A stretch of 64,000 bases of DNA from a virus, in IMG/VR virus record IMGVR_UViG_3300036985_002246, positions 64,001 to 128,000 of that record. The stretch is one strand, 5' to 3'. A program made the translations under genes and the position numbers. The notes under the pieces were generated by a model that saw nothing but the letters and a program-made list of their open reading frames with translations, was not told where the DNA came from and ran no database searches. Position 1 is the first letter of the stretch. Each line of letters begins with the position of its first letter. Shown piece by piece: positions 42,747 through 51,966 of this stretch.

Positions 42747-43360
42747 GACCGCTGATCGAGGAGACCGCAAGGATCCTTGGTCGCAGGGACGCTGTGCAAG
42801 ACGGGCTGAAGGCAGCCCGTGCTTCCGCACGCACGCTCACGGAGCGCGTCGATCTTCTCGACCTCGTGTCGGCGCTGATCCGGTCGCTGATCGACGCGGA
42901 GATCACCGAAGGCGTGAAGGCGATCGAGACGCTCCAGACGGAGGGCGTGCGAGCCGTCTTTGACGACCAGGAGATCCGAGTCCGGGCCGACATTGAGGTT
43001 CTCCGGGGCAAGGTGAACGTGTCCCTCGTCACCATGCAGACGAAGGAGAACGGGGACATGATCGAGGGCGTGAGCCTCGAAGGGTTCGGCGGGGCCGTCT
43101 CGACCGTGCAGTCGGTGCTCCTCAGGCTCGCCCTGATCTTCCGGCGTGGGCTGCGGCCCGTGCTGTTCCTCGACGAGAGTCTTCCGGCCTTCGACGAGCG
43201 GTACGTCCTCAACATGGCGTCGTTCCTCAAGACGCTCTGCGCTCGAATGGGCGTGGACATTCTCCTCGTCACGCACAACCCAATCCTGGTAGAGCAGGCT
43301 GACCGAGCCTACCGGATTCGGCGCGAGCACGGGCACTCGTCTTTCAACCGGATCCGCTGA
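42728..43360 (+). CDS. sbcC: SbcC/Rad50-like ATPase, C-terminal half
   Basis: signature-like FGGA, Walker B LFLDE, H-loop LLVTH, QADRAY. Confidence 0.8.
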   Translation: MAEDRLRPLIEETARILGRRDAVQDGLKAARASARTLTERVDLLDLVSALIRSLIDAEITEGVKAIETLQTEGVRAVFDDQEIRVRADIEVLRGKVNVSLVTMQTKENGDMIEGVSLEGFGGAVSTVQSVLLRLALIFRRGLRPVLFLDESLPAFDERYVLNMASFLKTLCARMGVDILLVTHNPILVEQADRAYRIRREHGHSSFNRIR

Positions 43361-43391
43361 GCAGGTCTGACCCACACGGTAAGGTGCCAGC

Positions 43392-44063
43392 TTGAAGCCC
43401 GAAGGACAGATCAAGCACAAGCTCGCCCAGGTCCGGTTCCGGCACCTGAAGCGTGAGACTCGCACGGGTCTGTCCAGGCGTTCAGGCAACTGCAAGTTCA
43501 ACGGCCTGATCGACCTCCCAGGACACGAGAACCTCGGGGTCTGCCTCCACAGTGCGGAAGACCCGGCCTGCTGGAACGGTGGCTCGTGCGACGACACGCT
43601 GGACGACCGGGCGTCTCGCTGCCCGCTCTTCGAGACGCTGAACACGAAGGAGTCGATCCGGGACGAGTTCGACTCCTTCCTGGAGAAGGCTGACCGGGCG
43701 CACATTGCCGAGAGGTACCCGGACATGGCGGCGCTCCTCTGGGTGCTCGACCTCGACAAGCCCGGCGACCTGCCTGAGGAGGACGAGAGCGAGCTTGAGG
43801 GCGTGCAACCCACGACCCCCCAGCCAGAGGCTGAGCCGACGCCAGAGGTGGCCCCACAGCCTCCGGCGGCTGAGCCTGCCCCCGCTGCTGCGGAACCGGT
43901 CCCCGAAGAGCTTGCTGAGCCTCAGGCTGCCGTCGAGCCCTGGTCGGCGATCCCTACCCCCGTGCCACCCCCGTCTGAAGACCTGCCCGTGCTCAGGTCA
44001 GGGCTCCTGGGGAGCCTGGTCACCCTTTGGGCGCTGGTCATGAGGTTCTTCCGTCATGGGTGA
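43392..44063 (+). CDS. hypothetical protein, Cys-containing with Pro/Glu-rich tail
   Basis: TTG start with TAAGG upstream; coupled to the next ORF. Confidence 0.65.
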   Translation: MKPEGQIKHKLAQVRFRHLKRETRTGLSRRSGNCKFNGLIDLPGHENLGVCLHSAEDPACWNGGSCDDTLDDRASRCPLFETLNTKESIRDEFDSFLEKADRAHIAERYPDMAALLWVLDLDKPGDLPEEDESELEGVQPTTPQPEAEPTPEVAPQPPAAEPAPAAAEPVPEELAEPQAAVEPWSAIPTPVPPPSEDLPVLRSGLLGSLVTLWALVMRFFRHG

Positions 44064-44580
44064 CCTCCTCCAACAGGTGCCCATGCTCCCGGCGGCGAAG
44101 AAGGTGCCGCTGCTGATTGAGATCCCCGTCAACGGGGAGGGCGCACCCTTCCTGATCAGCGGCCTGCGGGATTGGGTCTGGATCAAGGGCTCCAAGTCTG
44201 GGATCGTCCGGTCGGCGGTGCGCCCTGGGGGGATCCCAGCGGACATTTTCACCACCGTGACCCAGCAGGTCGCCGAGAAGGGGGCCTCCGCCAAGTGGGG
44301 AAACACCCTCCCGTTCTCCGACGAGGGCCTCAAGAAGGCTGCGGCGTACCTCAAATCCTACGGCCTCGACCAGGTTGAGGCGCTCGTTCCGGTGGGCTCC
44401 ACCCTTCAGGCACCGAAGGGCGTAAAGCTCTCCGAGTCAACATGGGTGTCGAGTGGCAGAGCAGTGGTAGTTCCATTGGACCGCACCTACCTGGGGCTGC
44501 TCGGGACGTTCGGCCCGGAGTACTACACCGTGGTGCTGCACAATCCGAGTCGCGGAATGGTGGTGTTGGGGGACTGGTGA
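44056..44580 (+). CDS. hypothetical protein
   Basis: 174-aa ORF overlapping both neighbours. Confidence 0.7.
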   Translation: MGDLLQQVPMLPAAKKVPLLIEIPVNGEGAPFLISGLRDWVWIKGSKSGIVRSAVRPGGIPADIFTTVTQQVAEKGASAKWGNTLPFSDEGLKKAAAYLKSYGLDQVEALVPVGSTLQAPKGVKLSESTWVSSGRAVVVPLDRTYLGLLGTFGPEYYTVVLHNPSRGMVVLGDW

Positions 44581-45302
44581 CACCGATCACTTCTTGGCTA
44601 GCAGAGCACCTCGCCTCCCTCTCACTCTCGGAAGAGGCTGAGGGGTACCTGCTAGGACGAGGCGCAACCCCGGAGGCGATCCAGCGGTTGGGGTTCGTGG
44701 AGTGGGAACCGGCCAAGACGGACTCCCCAAGCGCACAGTTCAGAACGAGGTACAAGCCTCGGGGTGACCTCCTGAAAGGGACGCTGGCGTACCCGCTCCG
44801 GTCCCCCACAGGGGACCTGATTGGGTTCGAGGCTCGCGGAATGAAGGAGAAGAAGATCTCCGAGTTCAGGACCCCCGAAGCCGAGTGGAACCCGGTGTTC
44901 GTCAACGCCCCAGAGGCGGCTCAGAAGCTCTGGAGCGGTGGGTCAATCTGGGTGACAGAGGGCGTGTTCGACGAACTCGCTCTGGAACTGGTCATTCCCG
45001 TCGAAGACGTGGCGATTGCGACGCTTCGGGCCGGTCTGTCGAAGCGCCATGTAGAGTTCATTTCCCGGCTCTGCCGAAATCGAGTCTACATGGTCTACGA
45101 CAACGACGAGACGGGGCGTAAGGCAACCCTGGGCTGGGAAGACGCGGTGACGGGGAAGTACAGGCCGGGGGCACTCAACCTGCTTCAGCGAGCAGGGCTC
45201 AGGGTCATTGACTTCCGGTATCGAGGCAAGGACCCCGGCGAGGTTTGGTCCTCGGGTGGGATCCATAAACTGCGGCAGGCGTTTCTAGGAGAGCAAAGAT
45301 GA
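44577..45302 (+). CDS. dnaG: DnaG-type primase, catalytic TOPRIM core only
   Basis: YPLRSPTGDLIGFEAR, WVTEGVFD, YDNDETG, KDPGE; no zinc-binding domain. Confidence 0.8.
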   Translation: MTPITSWLAEHLASLSLSEEAEGYLLGRGATPEAIQRLGFVEWEPAKTDSPSAQFRTRYKPRGDLLKGTLAYPLRSPTGDLIGFEARGMKEKKISEFRTPEAEWNPVFVNAPEAAQKLWSGGSIWVTEGVFDELALELVIPVEDVAIATLRAGLSKRHVEFISRLCRNRVYMVYDNDETGRKATLGWEDAVTGKYRPGALNLLQRAGLRVIDFRYRGKDPGEVWSSGGIHKLRQAFLGEQR

Positions 45303-45838
45303 GCAACGACGTGTGGGAAGCAGGCAAGGACGTGATGGACGTTGTCCGTCACTACATAGCGAACTACCACCCGACCCTCGCGTCGGTGGACAAGGACATT
45401 GCTGTCCTCTTCCGCACCAAGGCGTCGAAGAAGGGCGGCCAGGTCGTCCTCGGTTCGAGCCGGAAGGCCCCCTCGATCCTGGAAGTGCTCGGGAAGGACA
45501 CCTACAAGTTCATTCTGGAGATCGCCTCCGACGAGTGGGTGCTCCTCTCCAACACCCAGCAGGGTGCTCTGATCGACCACCTCCTCTGCGCCTGCAAGGT
45601 CGAGGAGGACGAGAAGTCGGGCGACCTGAAGTTCTCGATCGCCCCTCCCGACGTGCAGTTCTACTGGGGCGAACTGGAGCGGAACGGCGACTGGCGTCCG
45701 CGTCCTCAGCAGGAGGACGGGGCGAGCATGGACCTCGAAGAAATGATCGGGGGCAAGACCGAGAGCAAGCCCGGCGCGAAGAAGGGCAAGAAGGCCCCGG
45801 CGACGGCGGACTCGTCGGACGACCCGCTGGACGAGTGA
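45299..45838 (+). CDS. putative phage metallopeptidase family protein
   Basis: KFILEIASDEW..ALIDHLLC..PDVQ pattern; canonical HE is altered. Confidence 0.55.
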   Translation: MSNDVWEAGKDVMDVVRHYIANYHPTLASVDKDIAVLFRTKASKKGGQVVLGSSRKAPSILEVLGKDTYKFILEIASDEWVLLSNTQQGALIDHLLCACKVEEDEKSGDLKFSIAPPDVQFYWGELERNGDWRPRPQQEDGASMDLEEMIGGKTESKPGAKKGKKAPATADSSDDPLDE

Positions 45839-45847
45839 GCGCCCGCT

Positions 45848-47221
45848 GTGGCACTCGACACGAAGCACCGCCCCCTCACCTATGACGGGGTGCTGGGGCA
45901 GGCGAGCACTGTTCAGATCCTCCGCCAGTACGTGAAGACGGGCTCGGGGTTCCACCAGTCGTACTTGTTCGCGGGTCCATGGGGCTCGGGCAAGACCACC
46001 CTGGGGCGAATCCTGGCCCGGTCCCTTCTCTGTTCCGCGCCGGTTGAGGGTGTGGCGTGCGACGCCTGCCTCTCGTGTCAGTCGATCCTGATCGGTGGCT
46101 CCTCGGAGAACTTCTTCGAGATCGACGCCGCCACGAACAGCGGCAAGGACTCGATCCGCAAGATCGTCGAGGAGATCCAGTACGCGACCTTCTCCGGCAA
46201 GCGTCGGATCTACCTCTTCGACGAGAGCCACCGGCTCACGCTCGACGCGCTCGACGCGCTGCTGAAGCCCATGGAGGACTGCGTTCCTGGGACGCAGGAC
46301 AAGACCCTCGTCTGCGTCTTCTGCACGACCGAGCCGGAGAAAATGAGGGCGACGATCCTCTCCCGGTGCGCTCCGGCCTTCGTGATCAAGCCCGTCACCC
46401 CCGACCAGATCGCCGAGCGTCTCGCTGCTGTCTGCGACATGGAGGGGATCCCCTACGAGAAGGACGCCCTCAAGCTGATCGGGGAACTGACCGAGTGCCA
46501 TATCCGCGACGCCCTCAAGGCGATCGAGGGGGTATCCATGCTCGGCCAGGTGAACCGGCTGAACGTGGCCAAGTACCTTCACCTGGACTCCCACCTCACC
46601 GTCCTCGAAATCCTGTCCATGCTCTTCGACGACCTCCCAGGTGCCCTCCGCAAGACCTCGGAGCTTCTGGCTTCCACCAGCCCGACCACTTGCTACGAGG
46701 CTCTGGCTGAAATGGCAATGCTGGCGTACAGGGCGGGGCTTGGGGCGGGGACAGCACCGAGCTACCTGGACGCACAGGTGGTTCAGGAGCTTGGGACGCG
46801 GGCGGGCGCGCACTTGCTCTCCTATGCAAGCAGGTTGTCGTCCCGTCCGGGCAGGCCCACGGCGTCAATGCTCTTGTGTGACCTGGCTCAGCTTCACCAG
46901 GAAGCAGTCTCCCCTACGGTTCAGGTGCTCCCTCAGATTGCACCAAAGCCCCCAACTTCGGTGCAGCGAGGTAACGTAAAGGCTGAAGACCAGCCAAGGG
47001 AGGTGGATCATGTATGGGTCCACCCCAGGGCTGTCAAACCCAACGATGAGCTTGCAAAGCCTCAGCCCCCAGCCAACCCCCACGGACTCCCGCCTCTGGA
47101 GTTCTTCAAGCTCGTCAAGCGACGAGCAGACGAACTGAAGGCGCAGCGGGATGGACGCACGGGACAAGATGACTTGGGTGGCCCTGGAGCTAACCAAGGC
47201 GGGGGAGCAGAAGGCGATTGA
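45848..47221 (+). CDS. dnaX: DNA polymerase III gamma/tau clamp loader ATPase
   Basis: KHRP, LFAGPWGSGKTT, C4 zinc site, EIDAATNSG, LFDESH, LLKPMED, TILSRC, RDAL. Confidence 0.9.
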   Translation: MALDTKHRPLTYDGVLGQASTVQILRQYVKTGSGFHQSYLFAGPWGSGKTTLGRILARSLLCSAPVEGVACDACLSCQSILIGGSSENFFEIDAATNSGKDSIRKIVEEIQYATFSGKRRIYLFDESHRLTLDALDALLKPMEDCVPGTQDKTLVCVFCTTEPEKMRATILSRCAPAFVIKPVTPDQIAERLAAVCDMEGIPYEKDALKLIGELTECHIRDALKAIEGVSMLGQVNRLNVAKYLHLDSHLTVLEILSMLFDDLPGALRKTSELLASTSPTTCYEALAEMAMLAYRAGLGAGTAPSYLDAQVVQELGTRAGAHLLSYASRLSSRPGRPTASMLLCDLAQLHQEAVSPTVQVLPQIAPKPPTSVQRGNVKAEDQPREVDHVWVHPRAVKPNDELAKPQPPANPHGLPPLEFFKLVKRRADELKAQRDGRTGQDDLGGPGANQGGGAEGD

Positions 47222-47756
47222 GAGCACTCTCGCGAGTGCCCTCCGCTCTGCCCTCAGCGTCACCGACGCCCACCCCCTCTTCGTCCCCTACGCCTCCTAC
47301 TCGAAGGGTGGTCGGTCGGTCTCAGTCCGCCTCATTGAGGGCTACGCCTTCGTGGCCTCCGGGTTGGTCGAGACGCGGTACTTCTCGCTAGAGCGGGGTC
47401 CGTTCGTGGAGCGGGTCATGTCTGCCAAGGGCGCACACAATATGCGCGTCCTTCAGACCGTCCCGGACGCACGGGTGCGGGCGATGATGGCCCAGTTGAG
47501 AGAGCAGGTAGCCGCCGACCTGGAGGTTGGGGCAGCCGTCAAGATCACGGGCGGGAACTACCTTCACCTGGAGGGGGTGATCGTAGATTTGACCGACGAC
47601 CGGGCTGCCGTTAGGATCCGATTGAGGTCCCTCGACGTGGTTGCGTTCCTCCCCAAGATTTTCATTGACGTGATTGCAGAGGGCGAGGAGGATGACGCAG
47701 GTAAGATTGACGCGCTCGACGTGGCGGTCGGCCCTGAGTTCATCCCGGAGGATTGA
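47169..47756 (+). CDS. nusG: NusG-family transcription factor (NGN + KOW)
   Basis: FVP..LIEGYAFV NGN motif and VGAAVKITGGNYLHLEGVI KOW motif. Confidence 0.75.
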   Translation: MTWVALELTKAGEQKAIESTLASALRSALSVTDAHPLFVPYASYSKGGRSVSVRLIEGYAFVASGLVETRYFSLERGPFVERVMSAKGAHNMRVLQTVPDARVRAMMAQLREQVAADLEVGAAVKITGGNYLHLEGVIVDLTDDRAAVRIRLRSLDVVAFLPKIFIDVIAEGEEDDAGKIDALDVAVGPEFIPED

Positions 47757-47777
47757 GGGGCAATCTGAGGGGGTCCA

Positions 47778-48401
47778 ATGAAGAAGTCCAACCACAGCAC
47801 CGGTAGCCTCAGCAGCTTCCACAGGTCGTCGCTCGACCCGGACGCGGTCTTCTCTGAGGAGGACTCGCTCTCGTTCTTCGGCTCGGTCTTCACGGAGCCT
47901 GACGAGGACGACCTGAAGATGATGGAGAAGGTCCGCACCATGCTCGACCTGCTGCCTCCGGTGGAGGCCGACTTCGTCGAAATGTACTTCTTCCGCCATA
48001 TCAAGCAGACCGACATTGCCTCGATCTTCGGCGTCAGCCAGCCGACGGTCTGCTACCGGCTCTACCGGGCGATCGACCGGATCAAGTTCCTGCTGACCCT
48101 GCCAAAGGTGGACCTCGACGTAATGCGGGCGGACCTCTCGCGGTTCATGTCCGACCCCATGGACATTGACATTATGATGTTCATGTACGAGACGACCTGC
48201 CAATCCGAGTCCGCGAAGCGGCTGAAGGTCAGCCAGGGGCTGGTCCGGCACCGGTTCATTCGGTCGATCAAGAAGATGCAAGCGTTCGAGTCGATGCAGC
48301 TTTACAGCAACATTTTCTCAATGATTGCGAGCAACTTGAACATCATGCGCGAGGTCCGACGGCGGCGGACCTCCTCCCGCATAGATTGCGTGATCGACTG
48401 A
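47778..48401 (+). CDS. sigma region-4-like tandem HTH protein
   Basis: LPPVEADFVEMYFF..KQTDIASIFGVSQPTV and QSESAKRLKVSQGLV. Confidence 0.7.
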   Translation: MKKSNHSTGSLSSFHRSSLDPDAVFSEEDSLSFFGSVFTEPDEDDLKMMEKVRTMLDLLPPVEADFVEMYFFRHIKQTDIASIFGVSQPTVCYRLYRAIDRIKFLLTLPKVDLDVMRADLSRFMSDPMDIDIMMFMYETTCQSESAKRLKVSQGLVRHRFIRSIKKMQAFESMQLYSNIFSMIASNLNIMREVRRRRTSSRIDCVID

Positions 48402-48449
48402 CCCGGACGTTTTCCGCCCTATCCCTCGCAACGTGGGAGGGCTATCTGC

Positions 48450-48767
48450 GTGAAGTCTGAGGTCCGAATCGCCATGGTCCACACGGTCGCGAACCGGTGG
48501 CTCAACGAGGTCTCCCGTCAGGAGTACCGCTTCGCCGTCTTCCCAGGGTCTGGGAAGACAGAGGTGGACGTGCGCCTCCTCGCTGGGTGCCTTCGGTCGT
48601 GGAGGGACGGCAAGACGCGGATCGCGACCGTGAGCCCGATCCAGGACCTCGGGGTGAGCGAGTCCACCAACAACTCGATCGAGGTCTGGTCAACGGACTG
48701 CGACGGGCTCCGGAAGCTGTCCGCGTGGATGGAATCACGCGGCTTCGAGACGAACTTCATCTGGTAA
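48450..48767 (+). CDS. hypothetical protein
   Basis: 105-aa ORF. Confidence 0.65.
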   Translation: MKSEVRIAMVHTVANRWLNEVSRQEYRFAVFPGSGKTEVDVRLLAGCLRSWRDGKTRIATVSPIQDLGVSESTNNSIEVWSTDCDGLRKLSAWMESRGFETNFIW

Positions 48768-48776
48768 CCCCACGGC

Positions 48777-49205
48777 ATGGCACTCGAACGAGCCACTTTT
48801 GACTTCACCTACCGCTCCGGCTCAGCCGGGACGTACTACTACTTCACGATCTCGCAGGACCAGGCAGGCCGGATCTCCCTCAAGAATATCCAGACCCCCA
48901 CCGGTCGGATCATTGACTCCCAGACCGGCGTCCCCCAATCGGTCGTGGACGACATTGACCTCGCTATCCAGCAAGTGGAGAACTTCGTGGCCCAGACGAG
49001 CGCAGTGAACGGAAACCTCGCCTTCGTGGCCCAGACGAGCCTGAACGTCGCCTTCGCCGTCCCGTTCGCCGGGACGAACTACCGCGTCCAGCTTTCCCTC
49101 GCCGACTTCATTCCCGCTCGCGTGGTCAACAAGACCACGACCGGCTTCACCGTGGAGGTCGGGGTGACCTACACCGGGACCGTCGGGTACGACGTGTTCG
49201 TGTGA
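48777..49205 (+). CDS. structural protein with fibre-tip-like C-terminal beta domain
   Basis: AFAVPFAGTNYRVQL..NKTTTGFTV resembles the C-terminus of 49645..50832. Confidence 0.55.
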   Translation: MALERATFDFTYRSGSAGTYYYFTISQDQAGRISLKNIQTPTGRIIDSQTGVPQSVVDDIDLAIQQVENFVAQTSAVNGNLAFVAQTSLNVAFAVPFAGTNYRVQLSLADFIPARVVNKTTTGFTVEVGVTYTGTVGYDVFV

Positions 49206-49648
49206 CCCCTATGGACCTGACCTTCACATTCTTCCGGGGCTCAGTGATCGTCTCCTCACCTGTTGGTGAGGAGGCACAGGAGGTCGTCCATGCCGACATT
49301 CCCTCCATGGCTCGGGAGCTTGGCAAGCACCTGAGGTACCTCGTCGTCCCGACGAATGTCCCCAAGCCCAAGGGGACCAAGGGCTTCAGCTTCCACTGGT
49401 CAAATGCTCAGAGGGCATGGGACGTGATCCCTGCCAACGACCCCACCTGGCGAACCGACGGGGCAGAGTTCCTGGTGTACTTCACGAAGAGCGCCCTGTC
49501 CCCGCTCAAGAAGCCCTGGTCGCTCAAGGAAATGGAGTACGTCGCAATGTCGCTCCCGGAGCACCCTGGGTTCGCCCAATCGTTTGAGGCGTCCAGGGTT
49601 GCGAGTGTGGCCCGCGTCGCTGCGAAGTACCTCGGGAGGTCGCTGTGA
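49202..49648 (+). CDS. hypothetical protein
   Basis: ends with the ARVAAKYL motif. Confidence 0.65.
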   Translation: MTPMDLTFTFFRGSVIVSSPVGEEAQEVVHADIPSMARELGKHLRYLVVPTNVPKPKGTKGFSFHWSNAQRAWDVIPANDPTWRTDGAEFLVYFTKSALSPLKKPWSLKEMEYVAMSLPEHPGFAQSFEASRVASVARVAAKYLGRSL

Positions 49649-50832
49649 CCCAGGCTCCCTTCCAGGCGGACGCCCTTCAGGTCGAGCCGGGCTCTGGGCA
49701 GACGCTCAAGGTCACGAGGGACGCGGCTACGGGCTCCCTGCGGTTCTGGGACGCCATGATCCCGCTGGGGATCAACCTCTCGGACCTTGCGAGCCTCAAC
49801 GCGATCACGGGCGTCCTCGTGGTCGGGCGGGCGGGGTCAGGGGCCAAGTACCTGACGATCCAGTCCGCGATCAACGCGATCCCGTCCACGGCGAGCGTGA
49901 CGAACCCGTACATGATCCTGTGCTTTCCGGGGATCTACCTGGAGAACCTGGTCATTGACAAGGACGGCGTGTCGATCGTCGGGGTCGGACCGGCCTCGAT
50001 CGTCGCCGTCTCGTCCACCCCGACGGTCACGATCCGAGCGGGCCTCCTGACGACGCCGCTCACGACCCTCTTCCAGGGCATGAAGATCCAGACCTCGTTC
50101 GCGGGCCTGGAGTGCGTGCTGGTTCAGGGTGGGCCGGGTTCTGCTGTCGCCAACGGCGGGATCGTCTTCAAGGACTGCAACCTCGCGGCGCTCGGGGCGG
50201 GCGGCTACACCGTCCGGGCGGACACCGTGAACTCGGTGGCCCTCTACAACTGCCGCACGGACGAGAGCGTGCCTACCGCCACGCAGAAGGTCACCCAGTG
50301 CGCGTCCTACCTCGTGTCGGGCGGCACCGTCCCCCCGACGCAGTTGGACTACGACACGGCGCTGCCACCCCCAGCAACGGCAGGGTCCACCTACTCGATC
50401 GAGGACGGTCGGACGGTCGGGGTGGTGCTCTCGACCCTGACGAACGCAGGCTCACTGAAGATCCTGAACTGCCTTTCAGTGGGTAACGTCACTCTCAATG
50501 GGAACCGCACGGGGCTCATTCAGTCCTCGACGGTCGGGAACCTCTCAATCGGAGGCACCTCGGCCATGACCCTCGTGTCCTCGAAGCGCGGGACAGCGGC
50601 TGGGACCGGGACCCTGAACGAGTCCGGGGTCACCGGGTCAGTGGACTTCGTGGCGAGCCTCTCGGAGGTCGTGACCTTCCCGGTCCCCCGGCCCAACGCC
50701 AACTACGCGGTGTTCCTCGACACAGGGGTCGCGGCGGCCTCCGCAGTCACCCTGAAGACGGCTGCCGGGTTCACGATCGCGTTCGGGGCTATACAGACCA
50801 CAACGGTGTACTGGACAATTTCGGGGACGTGA
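49645..50832 (+). CDS. beta-helix (pectin-lyase-like) structural protein
   Basis: KYLTIQSAINAIP..ILCFPGIYLENL cap typical of parallel beta-helices. Confidence 0.65.
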   Translation: MTQAPFQADALQVEPGSGQTLKVTRDAATGSLRFWDAMIPLGINLSDLASLNAITGVLVVGRAGSGAKYLTIQSAINAIPSTASVTNPYMILCFPGIYLENLVIDKDGVSIVGVGPASIVAVSSTPTVTIRAGLLTTPLTTLFQGMKIQTSFAGLECVLVQGGPGSAVANGGIVFKDCNLAALGAGGYTVRADTVNSVALYNCRTDESVPTATQKVTQCASYLVSGGTVPPTQLDYDTALPPPATAGSTYSIEDGRTVGVVLSTLTNAGSLKILNCLSVGNVTLNGNRTGLIQSSTVGNLSIGGTSAMTLVSSKRGTAAGTGTLNESGVTGSVDFVASLSEVVTFPVPRPNANYAVFLDTGVAAASAVTLKTAAGFTIAFGAIQTTTVYWTISGT

Positions 50833-50839
50833 GGCTGAA

Positions 50840-51379
50840 GTGACTGACTTCTGGGACGAACTGACGCTCGGTATGCACAAGGAGGCTTCGCCTCTGGACC
50901 GCCACCTTGGCAGTCGTGTGCCCGCTGAGGGTGTTCGCAGCCTCACGGACAAGTTCCGGGCGGCCAACGCTCTGTCCCTGTCCCTGGCGGCTGGCACGAG
51001 GGTCACCTTCGCGAACAACCTCGGGGCAGTCCTCTCGTACCCGAACCCCCCAGACGGTGGGTCTGAGGGCACGATCGTCACCGTCCGGTGCGCGGCTGGG
51101 GACACGACCCACATGGACGGTCTCGTGTTCATGAAGTGGGACAGCGGGGCGTTCCTGCCGGTTCACCACGAGCACCTCCGACGCGCCTCGGACCGACGGA
51201 CGGCCTCCGCCTACACGATCCGAACCGCCTCCCTCGGCGACCTCACCGACTTCATGAAGTCGGCTGGTGACGACCTGATCCACAAGTCCACCAAGGACCT
51301 GTGGGCCGTGAAGCACGTCGGGAACGAGTACGTCATTGAGCGTCTCTTCGACGAGACCGGGACTCCGCTGAAGGTATGA
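50840..51379 (+). CDS. hypothetical head-region protein
   Basis: 179-aa ORF. Confidence 0.7.
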   Translation: MTDFWDELTLGMHKEASPLDRHLGSRVPAEGVRSLTDKFRAANALSLSLAAGTRVTFANNLGAVLSYPNPPDGGSEGTIVTVRCAAGDTTHMDGLVFMKWDSGAFLPVHHEHLRRASDRRTASAYTIRTASLGDLTDFMKSAGDDLIHKSTKDLWAVKHVGNEYVIERLFDETGTPLKV

Positions 51380-51966
51380 CCAACAAGCGCAACGCCAGTG
51401 CTGAGCGGGTAGCCCGACGTGCAATGATCCGCACGGCGGGCGAGGTCCGTTTCATCAAGGACAAGTCCAACGACGCCTCCCAGTGGGCGTGGAACGACTC
51501 GGGTCCGCAGGAGCGGAAGATCAACCCGGACTTCGCCTTCAACCCGAAGAACACGAAGCCGCTTGCGAAGGTCATGCGCTCCACGAACGCGGCGCTCGGG
51601 CACGCCATGGCGGCCTACGGGGTCTTCACGAAGCTCAAGTCGGCGGACATTTCCCCCGACGGTGCCCTCGGCGGCAAGGGCTACATTCAGAAGATCGCCG
51701 AAATGCGTCGGGCGTACATGAACCTCGTCGAGGCTCTGTCGGCGCTCTCGGACACGCTCTACGACGAGATCCGGGCTCCCCACTGGGCCGCAGTCTCCCG
51801 CCAGGAAGACCCTGAGGAGCGGGAGGAGGTCGAGCAGATCGTCGAGGACGCTCTCGACATAAAGTCCGACCCCGAAGGCTGGGCCGAAGACCAAGAAGAG
51901 CAAATGGACGAGGACAGCGCGATCCTCACCAAGCGAGCGTCGCTCAGGCGCAACAGGGGTCGATGA
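51376..51966 (+). CDS. hypothetical head-region protein
   Basis: 196-aa ORF, AERVARR motif. Confidence 0.7.
   Translation: MTNKRNASAERVARRAMIRTAGEVRFIKDKSNDASQWAWNDSGPQERKINPDFAFNPKNTKPLAKVMRSTNAALGHAMAAYGVFTKLKSADISPDGALGGKGYIQKIAEMRRAYMNLVEALSALSDTLYDEIRAPHWAAVSRQEDPEEREEVEQIVEDALDIKSDPEGWAEDQEEQMDEDSAILTKRASLRRNRGR

Noticed and set aside
44056-44580. Capsid-like fold for this ORF
   Set aside because: The impression comes from a short beta-rich C-terminal pattern only; the ORF is too short and lies in the replication module.
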